From positions 150,479 through 214,478 of IMG/VR virus record IMGVR_UViG_3300021400_000025: a DNA stretch of 64,000 nucleotides. One strand, given 5' to 3'. This document shows positions 10,909 to 20,638 of this stretch, piece by piece. A model generated the notes under the pieces. The model ran no database searches. It was given only the letters and a program-made list of their open reading frames with translations, and was not told the DNA's origin. This DNA comes from a virus. Its lineage: Duplodnaviria; Heunggongvirae; Uroviricota; Caudoviricetes. The first letter of the stretch is position 1, and each line of letters starts with the position of its first letter. Both the position numbers and the translations under genes were made by a program.

Positions 10909-11340
10909 ATGAAAGGACTATGCGCTGACATGTTGACGAAAGTATGCAATCTGAATGAAATAACTACAGCCCTTCCTGGAAACACTAGAAGGTTCACGAT
11001 AGACGAGACTAACCCGATTTGGGTGGATTTGGGGAAGGTGATGGTGGCAAGGGTGATTGACGGGCAACTAGTGTTCCAGGATGAGAAGGACAGGTCTCTT
11101 TACAAACCCGAAAAATTCATTGAACTCTACTGGGATGTGAATCTGTGCGTTGTGACTCTGTTCACTGAGGAAGTGAAGAACAACCTTCCCTTGTGCCTTG
11201 GGGAGACCACCGCCCCGGCAAGGAAGTTCAATGGCAAGAACGAGAAATACAAGGACATTGGCAAGGAGCTGCCATTCAACGAGAGAAAGGCGTTGCCAGA
11301 TGGCAAATTTGGAAAGAAGGACATTGAGTCATGGAACTGA
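10909..11340 (+). CDS. Hypothetical protein
   Basis: Open frame after a TTTACG-N18-TATAAT promoter; start uncertain. Confidence 0.55.
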   Translation: MKGLCADMLTKVCNLNEITTALPGNTRRFTIDETNPIWVDLGKVMVARVIDGQLVFQDEKDRSLYKPEKFIELYWDVNLCVVTLFTEEVKNNLPLCLGETTAPARKFNGKNEKYKDIGKELPFNERKALPDGKFGKKDIESWN

Positions 11341-12191
11341 ATGAACGAGAGAAGAACATAGTCAACCTCATAAACCAATTGTCCGAGGTTGCGTCTGATG
11401 AAGCAACAACCCAGGATGCAGTGGATCGCATAATTGGGCAGATACGCCAGACCACCAATGAAAACATGAAGAGCGAAATGAAGAAGGTTGAATCGCCCAT
11501 AGACAGACCCCAGATGAAGATTCCTGACACGAACATGACGCAAAGCCTCAAGGATGCCATTGATTTGGAACATGAGAGGATGTTGGAGGAACTTGCCAAG
11601 CACAATCACAATGAGCATGAATTGACATCTACGCAGAATGTTGGGGAGTTGATTTTCACCAGAATCAGAGAAGTCAAGGCTCCGACAAGGGCGCATCCAA
11701 CTGATGCAGGAATTGATTTCTTCGTTCCAGACGCAAAGGCATGGGATGACGACTTCAAGGATACTGTGAAGAAGTATTCAAAGAACAAAGAAGAAATTGG
11801 CTTGGATGGCGAGACGTTTGATGGATTGAAGTTCGATGGAAATGTCCTGGAGGTAAGTCCAAACGCGCATGTTGCCATTCCATCTGGAATCAAGACCATA
11901 ATCCCACAGGGGCTTGCGATGATGATGGTGAACAAGTCTGGGGTTGCCACGAAACTGAAACTTGACCACAGCGCATGTCTCATTGATTCCGAGTACAGGG
12001 ATGAACTCATCTTCTGCTTCTTCAACCACAACGTCGAGCCAGTCAAGATTGAGCCTGGGATGAAGATAACGCAAGGATTGATTGTCCCAGTCATAAATCT
12101 TCAATTACAGGAGGTTTTCAATCGGGTTTATGAAGATATGGGCAGGGAAACCGACAGGGGTGGTGGATTTGGCTCTTCGGGTTCCCACTAA
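11331..12191 (+). CDS. dut: Trimeric dUTPase with long N-terminal extension
   Basis: AGIDF, KSG, IDSEYR, ITQG and RGGGFGSSG motifs. Confidence 0.9.
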   Translation: MELNEREKNIVNLINQLSEVASDEATTQDAVDRIIGQIRQTTNENMKSEMKKVESPIDRPQMKIPDTNMTQSLKDAIDLEHERMLEELAKHNHNEHELTSTQNVGELIFTRIREVKAPTRAHPTDAGIDFFVPDAKAWDDDFKDTVKKYSKNKEEIGLDGETFDGLKFDGNVLEVSPNAHVAIPSGIKTIIPQGLAMMMVNKSGVATKLKLDHSACLIDSEYRDELIFCFFNHNVEPVKIEPGMKITQGLIVPVINLQLQEVFNRVYEDMGRETDRGGGFGSSGSH

Positions 12192-12284
12192 TGAACTGAA
12201 TTGAGAAATGTTCCGAACCCCCTTGACTTATGAGGGGGTTTTGTGGTATAATATAGGTGTTGCGAGAAACAAGGAGAAGACAAA

Positions 12285-12599
12285 ATGAGCAAGACCTACA
12301 TCGTAGACTGGACGAACAAGACCCGTCGTGGCTGGCGCGACTACCGCAAGGTGGTTGAGACCGACAACATCGCGGAGTATGTCAAGGGCAAGATGAAACT
12401 GCATTTTGGCGTTGTCTGTGAAAAGGGCATGTTCAGGTCAGCAACCGAGGTCAGAAAGTCCGAACGCTTTGGCTATGCTTGGGAGGAAGTCAAGGGTGGC
12501 GAGTATTGGTTCACCCGCGATACGTCCATTCTTGTTGGAGAAATCACCTGGGTGGCAAACTACTTTGACTACAAGTTGAGGGGTTGGATGGTTGGCTGA
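12285..12599 (+). CDS. Hypothetical protein
   Basis: RBS AGGAG; TTGACT-N18-TATAAT promoter at 12223-12252. Confidence 0.65.
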   Translation: MSKTYIVDWTNKTRRGWRDYRKVVETDNIAEYVKGKMKLHFGVVCEKGMFRSATEVRKSERFGYAWEEVKGGEYWFTRDTSILVGEITWVANYFDYKLRGWMVG

Positions 12600-12613
12600 G
12601 GAAGAGAAGAACA

Positions 12614-12733
12614 ATGGACATCCGCAAGCATCGTTTCGTGCCAAGGTTCTCGACTGCAACCCGTGTGATTGTGGACAAGAAGCGCAAGCAGAAGTCACGC
12701 AAGTTTTTGAACAACCCCAAGAACTGGAGGTAA
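12614..12733 (+). CDS. Small basic hypothetical protein (39 aa)
   Basis: MDIRKHRFVPRFSTATRVIVDKKRKQKSRKFLNNPKNWR fills the gap between neighbours. Confidence 0.45.
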   Translation: MDIRKHRFVPRFSTATRVIVDKKRKQKSRKFLNNPKNWR

Positions 12734-12736
12734 ACT

Positions 12737-12940
12737 ATGGACGACAAGAAGCAGGAAATGCCGATTCCGGGCACCGTGGGAGAAATGATTGAGTTTCTCA
12801 AGAAGTTCCCGAAGGATCGCATACTTGACCTCTGCTATGTGGAACACAGTGACTATGAAGGCGATTGCGAGACTTCAGCATATCGCATGGAGTTTGAGGA
12901 ACTCAAGGACTATGGTTCGCTTGAAATAACAATCAAGTGA
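12737..12940 (+). CDS. Hypothetical protein
   Basis: TVGEMIEFLKKFPKD; operon context. Confidence 0.6.
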   Translation: MDDKKQEMPIPGTVGEMIEFLKKFPKDRILDLCYVEHSDYEGDCETSAYRMEFEELKDYGSLEITIK

Positions 12941-13158
12941 GAAATGGAGGCAATGAAATGGGAATGGGAGTCATTGACAGTCACACAGTGGACGTGTTGA
13001 AGTCCGAGCTAAAGGAAATGTATTCTGTGTTGATGTGGCTTGACAAGCGCATTGCACAGGAGGGAAACATGGAATGCAGGAGAAACTTGCTTGACACGCG
13101 GAATTACGTCCGCTGTTCCATTGACTGCTTCAACGCCGACATCGTGAACCTTTCATGA
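12937..13158 (+). CDS. Hypothetical protein
   Basis: Operon context with overlapping start/stop; start uncertain. Confidence 0.5.
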   Translation: MRNGGNEMGMGVIDSHTVDVLKSELKEMYSVLMWLDKRIAQEGNMECRRNLLDTRNYVRCSIDCFNADIVNLS

Positions 13159-13556
13159 GGAGATTTGAAATGCGCATTGACAGCAAGACAAACAAGCATG
13201 TAATACTGAATCTTGGAAAGATTGACTACAACAGTCAGGGAAGGAAAACCAACAAGGCAGATGTCTTCATTGGGTTCACCAATCTGCGTGGTGAATCGGA
13301 AGAAGAGTCTTATTTTTCCGTTGCAGGCTATATCTGGAACGAAAGCCACACGCACATTCTCCGTGGAGGAAGCAACGCTGTGCAGTTTCTACTGGACGAG
13401 TTCTTTCCAAACAACGCCACTTTGAGGAAGGTTGTCCAGTTCGCCGAGACGTGGAATCTGGTCTCGTTCTCCCAAATCCCAGAGGAAGTTCGCGCCAAAA
13501 TCATCGACCTGATGGAGGATATTGAGGACTTCAATGGGGATGTCAAAAATCTTTGA
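13155..13556 (+). CDS. Hypothetical protein
   Basis: ATGA-coupled ORF. Confidence 0.6.
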   Translation: MRRFEMRIDSKTNKHVILNLGKIDYNSQGRKTNKADVFIGFTNLRGESEEESYFSVAGYIWNESHTHILRGGSNAVQFLLDEFFPNNATLRKVVQFAETWNLVSFSQIPEEVRAKIIDLMEDIEDFNGDVKNL

Positions 13557-13575
13557 AATTTTTTGACGAAAACAC

Positions 13576-13604
13576 TTTACACATCCTGGTGGATGGTGTA
13601 TAAT
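13576..13604 (+). promoter_or_regulatory. Sigma70-like early promoter TTTACA-N17-TATAAT (representative site)
   Basis: The same 17-nt-spaced pattern occurs at 14028, 20584, 26744, 28550, 33379, 37539 (TTTACT), 47321 and 63173; TTGACA-N17-TATACT at 34464. Confidence 0.8.
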
Positions 13605-13667
13605 GAACTATGATTTGGAAGACCCAATGGTTGGGTCATCCGCAACAAAGAAAGAAGAGAAAGCAAA

Positions 13668-13940
13668 ATGAAGAAGACCATGAAGAAGAACGCCAAGAAG
13701 ACCATCACGACCAAGGCTACGCTGGTGAAGCCGAACGCCTCCTACACGAAGGACGAGGTTCGCTCGTTCCTGGGTCTGTCCAAGGGCACGTATCTGGTTC
13801 CGTCCCAGTACGCCGGCATGGGTGGTCGTGGCAAGGTTCCTGGCACTGCCGTGATCGCGTTTCTTGAGAACCGCAAGCGTGGCCGCACGAAGATTGGCCG
13901 TCGCTACGCCTCTGGCACGGTGACTGTGGTTGCCCGCTAA
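13668..13940 (+). CDS. Small basic putative DNA-binding protein
   Basis: Lys/Arg-rich; YTKDEVRSFLGLSK resembles an excisionase/HTH helix pair; own promoter and terminator. Confidence 0.55.
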   Translation: MKKTMKKNAKKTITTKATLVKPNASYTKDEVRSFLGLSKGTYLVPSQYAGMGGRGKVPGTAVIAFLENRKRGRTKIGRRYASGTVTVVAR

Positions 13941-13997
13941 ACGATCGTCAAGTTCCCCTATACCTCCATTATTTGTTCTTAAACTGGAGGGGGAACG

Positions 13998-14025
13998 AGG
14001 TGGCTCCAAGTGGAGTCACCTTTTT
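13998..14025 (+). terminator. Intrinsic terminator
   Basis: AGGTGGCTCC-AAGT-GGAGTCACCT followed by a T run. Confidence 0.7.
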
Positions 14026-14105
14026 GTTTTACAGTGCGTCCGTTTTGTTGTATAATGTTGTGGAAGGAAGAAAGAGCCATAACCAACATATAGGAAGCAT
14101 CAAAC

Positions 14106-15173
14106 ATGGATCAGCAAGAGAATCATGAACATCCATCTGCCATCAATCGCGGAAAAAAGGCAAAGCCAAACCCGTCCAATTCCAGAATGTATGTGAATGT
14201 CAACCGAGCGAAGAAAACGTATCGGGACAAATACAAGATTGAGACTGACAAGGCGTTGAAGAAGTTCAAGGCCGACATGGGAAAGTCCGAGGACTATGAA
14301 CTTACAGACCCTGAATGGATGAGATTCTTCACAACCATTCTCATTCCTCTGGACAAGGAACGCGAAACGAAGATGATTGACATGTTCAGGAACGATAGAC
14401 CCACCTTGAACAACCTTCTTATCCTCCACAACGCGAAGGCCGGCGAGAATCTTGCCGAGGTCTACTTCAAGAAGTATCAGAAGAACTGTCCCACCAAATG
14501 GTATGACTTGGACGATTTCAAGCAGTTGGCCGCCGAAGGACTTGCCATTGCAGCAAAGAAGTTCGACCTCAACTACAAGAACAGATTTCTGACATACGCC
14601 ACATGGTGGATTCTCAATCGCGTGAGAAAGCCATATCATGAAAAGGGGGCAATGACATTCCACACATCATTGGATGCACCCAGTGCTGCAGGAGATGATT
14701 TGAACACCACCACTGTGGAGGAAGTTCTGAGTCCAGACAAATTGGCTGCCGGATGGGAGTTGCCGGGCGCCTCGTCGGAGTTTGGTGATCCTGGAGAGGC
14801 AATGGACAAACTGAATGTGGATGAAAACCACAACCTTTTCCAAGCGCTGAAGAACTTGAAGGGAGGAGGAAACATCCTTGATGGTGGTGGAGGAGTGGAC
14901 AAGAACAACGCCCATAGAATGATGGACTATTTGATGTCCATAGTGGAGAAGAACGAGAACTCCTACAACAACAAGCAAATCTTCCTGTATCTGTTCAAGA
15001 AAACCTTCATCAAGTATTCAGCATTGAATCCAGATTCCAGTGGGAAGATCTCCACCTACATCTCCGAAGCCGCGAAGTCCAAGGCCGATCTTCTGAAAAG
15101 ACTGAACATGAATGAACATCAATATGAGGCATTGTGTGGAAGACTGACAAGGGGTGGATACGATGGCGTATAA
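14106..15173 (+). CDS. RNA polymerase sigma-factor-like protein
   Basis: Region-2 signature LAAEGLAIAAKKFD...RFLTYATWWI...; SLDAP follows. Confidence 0.75.
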   Translation: MDQQENHEHPSAINRGKKAKPNPSNSRMYVNVNRAKKTYRDKYKIETDKALKKFKADMGKSEDYELTDPEWMRFFTTILIPLDKERETKMIDMFRNDRPTLNNLLILHNAKAGENLAEVYFKKYQKNCPTKWYDLDDFKQLAAEGLAIAAKKFDLNYKNRFLTYATWWILNRVRKPYHEKGAMTFHTSLDAPSAAGDDLNTTTVEEVLSPDKLAAGWELPGASSEFGDPGEAMDKLNVDENHNLFQALKNLKGGGNILDGGGGVDKNNAHRMMDYLMSIVEKNENSYNNKQIFLYLFKKTFIKYSALNPDSSGKISTYISEAAKSKADLLKRLNMNEHQYEALCGRLTRGGYDGV

Positions 15174-15519
15174 GAAAGGGGTCAAGGGGTCTGACAACCC
15201 AAAGCCCAGTCTGGATCTGTTCATGATTCTGGGCAACATTCTGGTTGACAAGGATTGGCGCATGTATGAAAGCCACGTCCAGAACGAACTGTTCCAATCA
15301 ACATTCTCGACCTTCATGATTGTCCGGTATCTGTCCATGAACTCCAACCCAAAGGTCAGGGAGATTGCGATGAAGCACCAAGAGACATTGGAGAGCATCG
15401 CGGACAAGCCAGAACTTGTGTATAAGCTTCTGCTCAAGACTGTGCCAAAGACATTCAATCGGTTCACCCCATACATCAAGTCTGGATTCCCATCGAAAAA
15501 AGTCGAAAAAACTTTGTAA
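15163..15519 (+). CDS. Clamp loader small subunit-like (T4 gp62-like)
   Basis: FSTFMIVRYLSM...YKLLLKTVPK..RFTPYIK resembles the gp62 pattern. Confidence 0.5.
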   Translation: MAYKKGVKGSDNPKPSLDLFMILGNILVDKDWRMYESHVQNELFQSTFSTFMIVRYLSMNSNPKVREIAMKHQETLESIADKPELVYKLLLKTVPKTFNRFTPYIKSGFPSKKVEKTL

Positions 15520-15601
15520 GGAAATCCATTCGAGTTGTCCTATTCTTACTGAAGGGGAGAAGGGTTTCTTCCCATTGTAAATAACCAAGGAGGAAAATGA
15601 A

Positions 15602-16033
15602 ATGAACAAGAAAACTGCAATTGCGCTCATGGCGGCAATGACTGTGTGTCTGACTGCGTTTGGGCATCATCATCACCATTCTGGATTCTGGGGTGGATTC
15701 ACTGGAAGTCTGGTTGGAAGCCTGGTAGCTCCAAGAACAACAGTGGTTGCGCCAGCTCCTGTTGTCACAACACCTGCCGTTGTCACAACGCCCCCCGTTG
15801 TCACAACACCCCCTGTTGTCACAACGACAATCCCATCGTATTCCTATGGGTACTACAACAATGTGTACTGCCCAACCTATTCTGGGTATTACTACTATGG
15901 GAACAGTTGGATTTGGGGTGGTCCGAGGTTTGGTCACAGACCACCACCCCCAATGTGGAGACCCCACCATCGTGGGGGCCCGGGATTCCACCACGGTGGA
16001 TTCCACCACGGTGGTCCGCATCATCGTAGGTGA
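15602..16033 (+). CDS. Secreted Pro/His/Gly-rich low-complexity protein
   Basis: Signal peptide MNKKTAIALMAAMTVCLTA, PVVTT repeats, HHGGFHHGG tail; TGTAAATA at 15576. Confidence 0.65.
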   Translation: MNKKTAIALMAAMTVCLTAFGHHHHHSGFWGGFTGSLVGSLVAPRTTVVAPAPVVTTPAVVTTPPVVTTPPVVTTTIPSYSYGYYNNVYCPTYSGYYYYGNSWIWGGPRFGHRPPPPMWRPHHRGGPGFHHGGFHHGGPHHRR

Positions 16034-16168
16034 TTGTTGAACACAAGGGGAAATGAACAGATGGCTGGCTCTTCATTGAGTCAGCCATTATATTTTCTGA
16101 CCATATCTTCTCAGGAAATCCTCTTTTGCAGCCTTCTGCATCTCCATCATCTGCTGTTGCTTCTCGTC

Positions 16169-16843
16169 CTATGCGACAGGAGCGTTCATCTGGGTCTCCA
16201 GACCACTCTTGTCCAATATGACGAAATGGGTGTATGCGCATGTGAACGAGTGCTGGATTTCATCTGCTTCTGAATAGGACAACTGCAAGTCCGAGAACGC
16301 CTTGATCCAGCAGTTCTTGAATCTGAATCCAACCACAGGCTTCTTGTATGGGGAAAGCAAGGTGACATCAATGTCGCAGACGTTCAGAAGTCCAGAACCA
16401 TCCACATTCCCTGTGTCAAGCGCATTTGCTCCCTTGTTCACTGGGGCGTTGTTCATGCACCAGTTGTACAAGGCCCTGTAATCGGTCCAATCTGCATTGA
16501 TGAAGTAGTTGAATGTGATTTCCTTGCTGCCAGGAGACATCGTGTATGTAGGTCTTTCAATCTCTATGGAACGATACATAACCTTGTCAGTTCCCATTTC
16601 TATGGCGGGAATTGTGAATGTGGAGAGGCGAATATCAATGTTGTGATAAGCTGGTCCAAGAACTAGATAAATCGGTATCGAACAGGTCCATTTGTTCTTC
16701 GCAGCATAAGCGTTCTATCCAGAAATGCCATCAGTAGCAGGGACGTTCACTCCAGGATAGACCAATTGCTGATTCCTATTGAGATTTCTAGTCTGATTTG
16801 GATGTTGGAAATGATTTACTGAATTAGGTACTGCCATGTTCAT
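16169..16843 (-). CDS. Tail tube protein (T4 gp19-like), one in-frame TAG
   Basis: FTIPAIEMG...ITFNYFINADW..Y..LYNW...VTLLSP....FRFKNCW...LQLSY. The frame extends to ATG 16843 through TAG 16715-16717. Confidence 0.7.
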
Positions 16844-17025
16844 TCACCTCCATTTCCTTGATTATTTGTCTATGTTTCCGAACTAGAAACGAAGAATACG
16901 CCACCTTCAAGAGCATGTTTCCTCTGCTCAGATTCCTCAGAGCCGTCAATGCCTTGTTCAAGATTCTTGCGTATTCTGTCATATTCCTCAGGGGTGACGG
17001 AATAGAATTTCACTGGAATTGCCAT
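16840..17025 (-). CDS. Small hypothetical protein, one in-frame TAG
   Basis: Readthrough of TAG 16870 ends at TGA 16840-16842, overlapping the tail-tube ATG (ATGA); GGTAAATA upstream. Confidence 0.6.
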
Positions 17026-17123
17026 GATGCATCTACCTCGTTGTTCCAAGTTATTTACCATTTTTGTTATCCTCAATTATTGGTAAATATATGACAATCA
17101 CACAACAACATACAACAACAACC

Positions 17124-17297
17124 ATGATCAATTCATCCGCGAAGGAGTATATTGGCAGAAAGTTCGATGAACTGAAGACTGCCATAAGATGGGACACATT
17201 CAACTTGACCAGAAGCCAGCAAGAATGTCTTGAAGACAAGTTGGCTGAATTGAGAAAGCAGATGGAGGAATATTATCTCGTCAACGAAGGCGAATAA
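17124..17297 (+). CDS. Small coiled-coil hypothetical protein
   Basis: Follows GGTAAATA at 17082 and a CA-rich leader. Confidence 0.5.
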   Translation: MINSSAKEYIGRKFDELKTAIRWDTFNLTRSQQECLEDKLAELRKQMEEYYLVNEGE

Positions 17298-17388
17298 TCT
17301 GTCCATTTGAAATGCAATTAGCCAAAGTTGGCGAAAAGCAAAAGACCAGGAGAAATCCTGGTCTTTGTTCGTTGTTTTGGATTTTCAA

Positions 17389-18717
17389 TCACATTCTACT
17401 GTACTTGAAGTATTTTTGGATTGCCTGTGAAATCTTGTCGTCAACGTCCTGGAAAAGAGACCTTCTCAAGTCATGCTCTTCCTCGTCGTCAACCTTCGTG
17501 TCGTCCCACAGGACCTGCCTGAACTCTTCAAGCGCGGCCATTACCCTCTTTCGTCCATCGTCCTTGTCATAGTCATAGGACTCGTCCAGTTGCTCTCCGC
17601 CCTCGTCTTCCTCGGAATCCTCTCCTTGGTCAAATGTGCTTTGGTATCCGCTGTTCACGGCATCTGCAAGGTCAGGTGCGTCAAGTTCCAACTTGTCAAT
17701 GCTGCCATAGAACTCTCCACTTGCATCAACATGGTCTGCTTCAATCTTCTCCCTTGGAAGGTCTACATGCGTCCATCCCCAGCCATAGTCAAAGCTGACA
17801 TCCATGGTTCTCCTTGCAACTTCATGTCTCAACTCATCCTCGGCTTCGTCTTCGTCGTAGCTGTTTGTTGAGTAGGAAATCGTGGCAATGCCACCATCAA
17901 TCTGGGCAGTTGGAGTGTCTCCAAACTCATGCTCCTGCCAGAAGAAGTCGTTGTAGTAGTCGCTTGCCTCAATCTCGTATTCACCAGGCATGACCTCAAC
18001 TTGGCATTCCCAGTAACTCTCGTAGTCCTTCTTCATTTTCACGTACTTCTTCTCAAGAATACTGCCAAGTTTCAAGCCCTTGATTGTGACGGTGTAGCCT
18101 GCTCCGGCTCCTTCCTTGACGATCTTCTTGGATTCAGCATATCCTCCCAACTTCTTCGCGGTGTATTCGTCCGCGTTTTCGGCGATTGTCTCGGCCTCAG
18201 TCATGGTCTAGCATTGTCCAATGGTTGTTCCGTTCTTGTTCGTGACAACAAAGCAGTCTCCACAGTCATGGATTGTGCATCCATTCGCCGCTGGATAACG
18301 TTCCCATGTTTCCTTCACAATCTTTCTGAACTTGTTTTCGTTGAACCTTGGTTTCATTTCATTTTCCTCATTCTTCCAAATCACTATCACTGCTGGATTT
18401 TTCCCATCATCATCAAGGTAAATCTCGTATTGTCCATGAGTGTTGTTCTTGTCGATGTAGTCAGATGAAATCCTTGGGTCTTCATACTTGAACTCCTCCC
18501 CGAAGGTGTCAACAAGGAACTTCACAACTTCGTCGTAGAAGGAGATTGTGCAGTCGCGTTTCTCCTCGAAATCCTCGTCCTCCTTGTCGAGGTCGAACCA
18601 GCAAATCACCTGATCGTCGCTCAAGGTGATGTGTATTCCCAAAAACTCGTCGCTCCATGTCTTGCCATCGTATTCGGAGCGCAATGCCTTGTAAATTTCC
18701 TGTAAATCCATTTTCAT
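17389..18717 (-). CDS. Acidic hypothetical (possible virion) protein, one in-frame TAG
   Basis: ORFs 18208-18717 and 17389-18204 are one frame: QC*TMTEAE; TGTAAATA at 18742-18749. Confidence 0.65.
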
Positions 18718-18765
18718 TTCCTTAATCTGTGTGGATAATGATATTTACAAGAAAATGGTGAAAAA

Positions 18766-19788
18766 TCAGAACATGGCCGCAGCCTTCACTCCAATGACGG
18801 TGACATAGATTTCCGACTTGGCGTTCTGGGAAAGCACATTCATGTTCAGATGCATGAGGTTTGGCTTGGAAATCACTATCTCGATGTCCTTTGCCTTTGT
18901 GGTCGCCATGAAGGACTTGCAGGTTGAGGAAAGGGTGTCCAATATCTCCTTGTTGCTGAGGAACACGAAGTTCTGGGTTGTGGATGTTGTGCAGCAGATG
19001 TCCTTGTAGTTTTCCGCGGCGTATGTCATCTTCCCAAACTCCACAGACACCTTGTTGCCTATCTTGGACTTGACGAGCTTCTGGTTGTCGGACACTGTGG
19101 CATAGAGGGTGTTGGCGAGTGGATTTGGGTTCACATCGTCCTCAATCTTGGCCTGCTCTGGAATCTGGATTTTGATTGAGGACTCCCCTGCCTCGGAGAG
19201 GGTTGCCATTATGTCGGATATCTCCGAGAACTTGTTGGAGCTGATTTTGGCGCATAGAAGGAAATTGGATTGGAGATCTTCAATGTTGGCCGCTCTATGG
19301 ACGACCTCTCCATACTTGGATGGCACAAGAACCTTCTCTATGTTCCCCAACTGGCTTTCAACAACAGCGCTTGTGGACAACTGGAACTTGATGTTGTATT
19401 TTGGAGATGCTATCCTCACATATGATGCCTTTGAGCAGACATGCATGGCAACCTTTCCACCATCGTTGAAGAGGCTCGTGTCCTTGATGTCGTAGTATTT
19501 CCCCACATTCCTCAGCACTGCGATGAACTTCTTCACATTGGGGATGAAGAGAGTTGTTCCCTCAACCCCATCTGGAAGGGGGGTTGATTCGTCAAGGTGG
19601 ATTGCGGTTGTGAAAAGGTCGGACTTTCCGGTGGCCCACTTGTTGAACATTGTGGTCTCTGTCTTTCCAATCGACACCTGGCAGCATGATTGGGCGAGAG
19701 TTGTGTCAAAGGTGTTCAACGCCCCAAGAAGCTGCTCAAAGTCCTCCACCTTCAATGTGTATTCAGATATGTTGTTGCTGTTGTCCAT
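18766..19788 (-). CDS. Hypothetical protein, possibly sliding-clamp-like
   Basis: Long clean ORF near helicase and clamp-loader genes with alternating strand/helix pattern; function guessed from context only. Confidence 0.4.
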   Translation of the reverse strand: MDNSNNISEYTLKVEDFEQLLGALNTFDTTLAQSCCQVSIGKTETTMFNKWATGKSDLFTTAIHLDESTPLPDGVEGTTLFIPNVKKFIAVLRNVGKYYDIKDTSLFNDGGKVAMHVCSKASYVRIASPKYNIKFQLSTSAVVESQLGNIEKVLVPSKYGEVVHRAANIEDLQSNFLLCAKISSNKFSEISDIMATLSEAGESSIKIQIPEQAKIEDDVNPNPLANTLYATVSDNQKLVKSKIGNKVSVEFGKMTYAAENYKDICCTTSTTQNFVFLSNKEILDTLSSTCKSFMATTKAKDIEIVISKPNLMHLNMNVLSQNAKSEIYVTVIGVKAAAMF

Positions 19789-19796
19789 ATTCTTCC

Positions 19797-20501
19797 TCAG
19801 TAAGACGATGCAAGCCAGAGCCTGTCATAGGACTCGTTCATGAACTTGACGACCTTCTCGATTTCGCCCTTGTAGTAGAAGAGATCCCTCGCATCCACGA
19901 ACTCGTCCTCCAGACCCAGTTCCTCTGCGCACTCAATCGCGATTCTGCTCCCAGACTCGGGCAAGAACCACCCCACCACCTTCGCCAACCTCATCTTCCA
20001 TTTCTTCCTCTCCCATCTGGCGAGTTCCATGGCAATCTTTCTGGGATCAAGTTCAACGATGTGGTTTTCATCTGGGTTTTCTCCCGATGATTTCGAGCAT
20101 CTGTTGAATGAGCATCTGTTGAAGATGTGCATCAGGTTCCATGAACACGAATCAAGCACGGACATCCCAGGAAGCAAATCCCAGTCGAACTCAAGGTGGG
20201 TGTTGCTCTCGTCAACGAAATTGGAAATGGATCCAACGACCCATGACAGATTGTTTGCGAACTCGCTCTTGTTCATGTCCGCGAGGACCTTCTTTGTGGA
20301 GTCTGGGATGTTGGCGTTCAACACGTCATCTCTGCCGAGGGAAAGTGCCCTCTGCTTCAATTTCATGTACTGCACATGTCTCTGCGACTTGTCGTCCCCA
20401 AGATACCAGTCCATGCCATCCACAACAGCATGCATGACTGTGTATAGACGTTCCAAGTTGATGTTCCGCCCAGTCCTAATCACCGATATGTCAAGCCCCA
20501 T
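19797..20501 (-). CDS. Hypothetical protein
   Basis: MGLDISV... start; divergent TTTACG-N17-TATAAT promoter on the minus strand at about 20541-20570. Confidence 0.6.
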   Translation of the reverse strand: MGLDISVIRTGRNINLERLYTVMHAVVDGMDWYLGDDKSQRHVQYMKLKQRALSLGRDDVLNANIPDSTKKVLADMNKSEFANNLSWVVGSISNFVDESNTHLEFDWDLLPGMSVLDSCSWNLMHIFNRCSFNRCSKSSGENPDENHIVELDPRKIAMELARWERKKWKMRLAKVVGWFLPESGSRIAIECAEELGLEDEFVDARDLFYYKGEIEKVVKFMNESYDRLWLASSY

Positions 20502-20638
20502 TGCTCCATCTCGCTTTCGTTTTTCTCTTTCACACAATCCAATTATACAACACAGGGGCGTCTGCGTAAAGCGCAGAACATCATTTACAACTCAAGCGCA
20601 ATGGGGTATAATTGAAGGAAGCATAAGAGATTTTACAT

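Noticed and set aside
12216-12240. Hairpins overlapping early promoters (also 13582-13595 and 26733-26761)
   Set aside because: Consistent with ordinary terminators abutting the next promoter; no shared sequence to suggest a dedicated element.
12614-12733. Small basic ORF as an ArfA-like ribosome rescue factor
   Set aside because: The resemblance is only compositional (Lys/Arg-rich); no specific motif can be supported without a profile search.
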